A stretch of DNA of 64,000 nucleotides, taken from contig CAWGMQ010000005.1 of assembly GCA_963823665.1 (NCBI GenBank), positions 1,536,001 through 1,600,000 on the forward strand, read 5' to 3'. Below the pieces are notes generated by a model. That model had not been told where the DNA came from, made no database searches, and saw only the letters and a list, made by a program, of their open reading frames with translations. Both the position numbers and the translations under genes were made by a program. Origin of the DNA: an uncultured Planctomycetota bacterium (lineage in GTDB: Bacteria > Planctomycetota > Planctomycetia > Isosphaerales > Isosphaeraceae). Of this stretch, positions 59,625-64,000 are shown in pieces. Every line of letters begins with the position of its first letter. The first letter of the stretch is position 1.

Positions 59625-62600
59625 ATGAAGAAGCCCTGGTTCCACCTTGCGCGTTCCGCCCGCCCGAGCACGTCCTCCCATCGCCGCGCCGCCCGCCGGC
59701 GCCGTCCTGCGATCGAGAACCTGGAGGGCCGCGAGCTCCTCACGACCTTCGCCGTCAGCAATACGGCGGACAGCGGAGGAGGCAGCCTCCGCCAGGCCAT
59801 CATCAATTCGGACAACACCCCTGCCCCGTCGACCAGCCCCAACATCATCGCGTTCCAGGGCCTGGTCAACGTCGCGCAAATCCAGCTCCAGTCCGCGCTG
59901 CCGGTGATCTCTCAGCCGGTGATCATCGACGGGACCACCGAGGGGAGCTACAACGGCACCCACCCCTTCGTCCAGCTCATCGGCAACTACGCGGGCGGCT
60001 CGGCGCTTGGCCTGGACATCACCGCGTCGGGCACCCAGGTGAAGGCCCTGGCCATCGACGGCTTCAATGCCGGCGGCGTGCTCATCGACAACGCCTCGAA
60101 CGTCGTCCTCGACCACGACTACGTCGGCATTGACACCGCCAACAACGCGACGGGCGGTGATGTGAATGGAAATGTCATCTACGAGGGTAACGGCGTCTAC
60201 GGCGTGACGATCCAGAGCGAGAACGGCGGCGCGGCCACCGGCGACGTCCTCTCGAGCGATATCGTCTCGGCCAACAGCTACAACGGCATCATCCTCTCGG
60301 GCACGGGAACCACGAAGAACGTGGTCAGCGGGACGATCATCGGGTCGGATAACACCGGCGCAGCCGTGGTGGACGACCCGGGCAACGCCTTGGGCAACGG
60401 CCAGCACGGCGGCGGCGGCAGTGGTGTCGTCATCAACGGAGGGGCGTCGTACAACACGATCGGCGGCACGACGGCCGCCGCCCGCGATGTCATCCTGGGC
60501 AACAAGAGCTACGGCGTTTACATCACCGACGGCAACACGCTCCACAACGTGATCGAGGGCGACGTCATCGGCACCGACATCACCGGCCTGCACTCCGTCG
60601 ACGGCGCCGGCCGCTCCTACGGCAACGGCGCCGGCGGCGTGGCGATCGTTGTCGGCGCGTCCTACAACGTCGTCAGCGGCACTGCAGCGGCCCCCGAGGT
60701 CATCTCGGGCAACGTGGGCGATGGCGTCCTGATTTCCGGAGAGGGTTACGATAACCAGGTCTCCGGCGTCTTCATCGGCACGGACATCAACGGCGAGAAC
60801 GCCCTCCCGAACTCCGGCGACGGCGTGGCCGTCAACTCCGCTGCCTTCGGCAACCACATCGGCCTCACCGGGCGCGGGCCAACGTCATCTCGGGCAACAC
60901 GGGCAACGGCGTGAGCCTCACCGGCTTCGACACCGATCAGAACTTCGTCGAGAACAACCTCATCGGGATCGACGCTGGCGGCACGACCTCACTGGGCAAC
61001 GGCCAGGATGGCGTGCTGGTGTCCGGACAGGCGTCGTCCAACTTCATCGGCTACGCGGCCGCCGGCACCCGCAACGTGATCTCGGGCAACAAGACCTGGG
61101 GTGTCTACATCTCCGACTCCGGCACCGATTATAACACGGTCGCCAACGATTACATCGGGACCAACGCCGCTGGCACTGCCGCCGTACCCAATACGAATAA
61201 CGGCCTGGATCTCGTGTTCGGGGCCCAGTACAACACCGTCGGCGGGACGACCGTTGCCGCTCGCAACCTGATCTCGGGCAACCTCCACGAGGGCGTCCTG
61301 ATCGGCTTCGCCGGCACGGCGAACAACCTAGTCGAGGGCAACTTCATCGGCACCGACGCCACGGGCGAGCACTTCCTGATCAGCCAGCAGCAGCTCGACG
61401 GAGTTTACGTCGGCCTGGGGGCGGGCAGCAACACTATCGGCGGGCAGAATCCCGTCGGCGCCTGGAATACCGCCGCGTGGAACGTCATCTCGGGCAACAG
61501 CGTCAACGGCATCCTGGTCACCGATAGCGGCACGACAGGCCCTTCGATATCGGGCAACTTCATCGGGACCGACGCCACCGGCACCGCCGCCCTGCCCAAC
61601 GGCGGCAACGGCATCACGATCGCCGCCGGGACCTCGAGCACCACCGTCGGTGCCGAGACGTCCGGCTATTCGAACCTGAACGTCATCTCGGGCAATCTGG
61701 GCGACGGCGTCTCGATCACGTCCTCGCAGGGCAACAATCTCAGCTTCAACTACATCGGCGTCGATCTCAACAACCAGAAGTCGTTGCCCAATCACGGCAA
61801 CGGCGTCTCCATCCACGCGTCGTCCGGCAATCGCGTGAACCTGGACGTGATCCGCAACAACGGCGGCTACGGCATCCTGACCGACACCGGGGCGAACCAC
61901 AACGCCTGGTACTACGATTCCATCTATAACAACACGGCGGGAGGGATCGCCCAGCCAACCAATGCCACGCCCCAGCCGGCACCGGTCCTGACGTCGGCGA
62001 CCGTCACCAACGGGCAGACCACGATCACCGGGAAAGTCACCGGCTCGCCCTACCACAACACCGGTCTGATCATCCAGTTCTACGCCAGCCCGGCCGCGGG
62101 GACGCCGGCCGCCGCCCAGGGCCTGACCTACATCGGCTCCGTGACGGCAACGACTGACGCCAGCGGCAACGCGTCGTTCACCACGACTTTGGCCAACACG
62201 GTCGTCCCCGGACAGATCATCACGGCCACGGCTGACTTCAACGTGACGTCCACCTCGAACTTCAGCAACGCGGAGACCGTCGTCGGGGTGGCCAGCGCCT
62301 CGTTCATCGCCACGGATACGTCGACGGAGGGCTCGTGGCGCAACGCCTACGGGGCCGACGGCCACGACATCGCCGGCGATACCAGTGCCGCCAACCCCAA
62401 GCTTCCCTCCTACGCCACCCTGGGGATCACGGGGGCCTCGACCTATACCTGGACCACCAGCACCACCGACGTCCGCGCCCTGCAGAACGCCGCCAACACC
62501 GGCCGGATCGCCGCGGCGTGGTACTCGAGCACCTCGATGAGCTTCAACCTGAACCTCAACGACGGCCAGTCGCATGAGGTCTCGCTCTACGCCGTGGACT

Positions 62601-63316
62601 GGGACAACAAGGGTCGGAGCGAGGAGGTCCAGATCATCGACCCGACGACGGGGAAGGTTCTCGACACGGAGGCGATTGGCCACTTCCAGGGCGGTGCGTA
62701 CCTCTCATGGGACCTCTCGGGAAACGTGGTGATCAAGGTCACCGACCTCAGCGGCCCCAACGCGGTCGTCAGCGGCCTGTTCCTCGGAGGCAAGCCGGCG
62801 ACCGCCGCGGGTTCCAGCGCCACGTTCCTGGCAACGAATACGACGACGGAGGGAAGCTGGCACGGGGTCTACGGCACTGACGGCTACGACATCGCCGGCG
62901 ATACCAGCGCTGCCAACCCCAAGCTTCCCTCCTACGCGACCCTGGGGATCACCGGGGCCTCGAACTATACCTGGGCCGGCAGCACCACCGACCTCCGCGC
63001 ACTTCAGAACGCCGCCAACACCGGCCGGATCGCCGCAACGTGGTACTCGAGCACCTCGCTGAGCTTCAATCTGAACCTGACCGATGGCAAGGTGCACAAG
63101 GTCTCGCTCTACGCCGTGGACTGGGACAGCACGGTGCGCAGCGAGGAGGTCCAGATCATCGACGCGGCGACGGGGACCGTCCTCGACACGGAGACGCTCA
63201 GCTCCTTCCACGGAGGCGAGTATCTTTCGTGGAATCTGACGGGCAAGGTGGTGATCAAGGTCACGAACCTGAACCCGAATAGCAACGCCGTCGTCAGCGG
63301 GCTGTTCTTCGGCTGA
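59625..63316 (+). CDS. Large secreted/surface protein with parallel beta-helix repeats, Ig-like domain and two tandem C-terminal domains; frameshift near 60870
   Basis: RRRRPAIENLEGRELLT signal, VSNTADSGGGSLRQAI, many NVISGN and GNFIGTD repeats, PAPVLTSA, and two repeats ending VVSGLF. Confidence 0.9.
62292..63313 (+). repeat. Intragenic tandem duplication, period 522 bp
   Basis: CCAGCGCC at 62292 and 62814 starts two highly similar units (DIAGDTSAANPKLPSYATLGITGAS...ALQNAANTGRIAA.WYSST). Confidence 0.9.
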
Positions 63317-63343
63317 TCGATCGTCCCGGTCGGCACCGATGGC

Positions 63344-63381
63344 GAAATGAGGCGGGGCCCCGACGGGCGCCGCCTCATTTC
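63344..63381. terminator. Strong hairpin between convergent genes, probable bidirectional terminator
   Basis: GAAATGAGGCGG (63344-63355) pairs perfectly with CCGCCTCATTTC (63370-63381). Confidence 0.6.
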
Positions 63382-63776
63382 TTCGGTTCCGGGATTACGA
63401 GATCCTTCGCGTCTCGCGGGTGCAGGACCCACGCCAGCATCCGCATCTTCACCTTGCCTGGGTTGCTGGACGCGCGGTGCAGGCAACCGCCCGGCTCGTA
63501 AAACGTCTCGCCCGCCTTGAGCACTTTGGCCGGTTCGTCGTCGATCGCCCACTCGTACTCACCCTCCAGCACGTACCCGAACGCCGGTCCAGGATGGCGG
63601 TGCGAGGCGCCCGCCTGGCCGGGTTCCAGCGTCACCTCGACGGCCGTCGCGTTCGTCTCCTTGCCGTCCAGCTTTTCGACGATCTCCTCGACCGCCAGTT
63701 GTCTCGCCGCCTTTTGCTTCTCGTCGTGCCGGGCCGCGATCAAGCTTCCGGTCACCAGAACGACCCCTGCCGCCAT
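63375..63776 (-). CDS. Exported cupin domain protein (true start may be ATG 63804 with a one-base shift)
   Basis: VEVTLEPG, HRHPG, GYVLEG, LKAGETFYEP..LH; upstream in-frame ANRRTLI extends the signal peptide. Confidence 0.88.
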   Translation of the reverse strand: MAAGVVLVTGSLIAARHDEKQKAARQLAVEEIVEKLDGKETNATAVEVTLEPGQAGASHRHPGPAFGYVLEGEYEWAIDDEPAKVLKAGETFYEPGGCLHRASSNPGKVKMRMLAWVLHPRDAKDLVIPEPKK

Positions 63777-64000
63777 TATCAGTGTCCGACGATTGGCGGC
63801 CCATCAACTGGCCTTTCAGCGACCGAATCGTTGCTCCATGCCGGCGACGCCGGCAATCCGGAACAAGGGTCTGCATTGTTTCCCCTTGACCTGGCGGACG
63901 CCTCACCTGCAACGACCACCGTTCGGGATACATCGCGTGTACAAGTCGGTGGTTAATAAGCCCGTCACGCAGCATGCATTGAAGGCCGGGGTGTCGCCTG

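Noticed and set aside
1..64000. tRNA or rRNA genes as island integration sites
   Set aside because: No cloverleaf or rRNA-like sequence recognised by eye; tRNAscan-SE would be decisive.

Overview
GC-rich bacterial DNA with planctomycete hallmarks, most like Isosphaeraceae by inference: ECF sigma/Ser-Thr kinase pairs, an ECF with a long membrane-anchored C-terminal extension, LExRxLL-type N-terminal signals on secreted proteins, and several REP-like repeat families. From left to right the window holds (i) an ECF-kinase pair; (ii) a decayed mobile/defence island at ~2.4-11.7 kb with a resolvase, IetAS-type AAA ATPase plus subtilisin protease, DUF4238, an integrase relic, an IS21-like end, an unknown PD-(D/E)xK-like protein, and umuC and IS1595 relics; (iii) housekeeping-like genes (ABC transporter, mutY, DegT aminotransferase, NamZ, FHA-GAF-PP2C); (iv) a coupled DNA methyltransferase/GIY-YIG pair in which both proteins carry the same repeated helical domain and only the second nuclease looks active; (v) an operon of C39-like peptidase, dynamin, Hsp70-TPR, second dynamin and DUF5684-zinc ribbon, divergent from an ECF/kinase-FGE pair; (vi) an Xre-RES toxin-antitoxin module between two copies of one small gene; and (vii) a large beta-helix surface protein. 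Items iv and v are the best candidates for undescribed systems. Many genes have single frameshifts that may be consensus errors. No rRNA, tRNA or CRISPR array was seen. All family calls come from motif recognition, not database searches.
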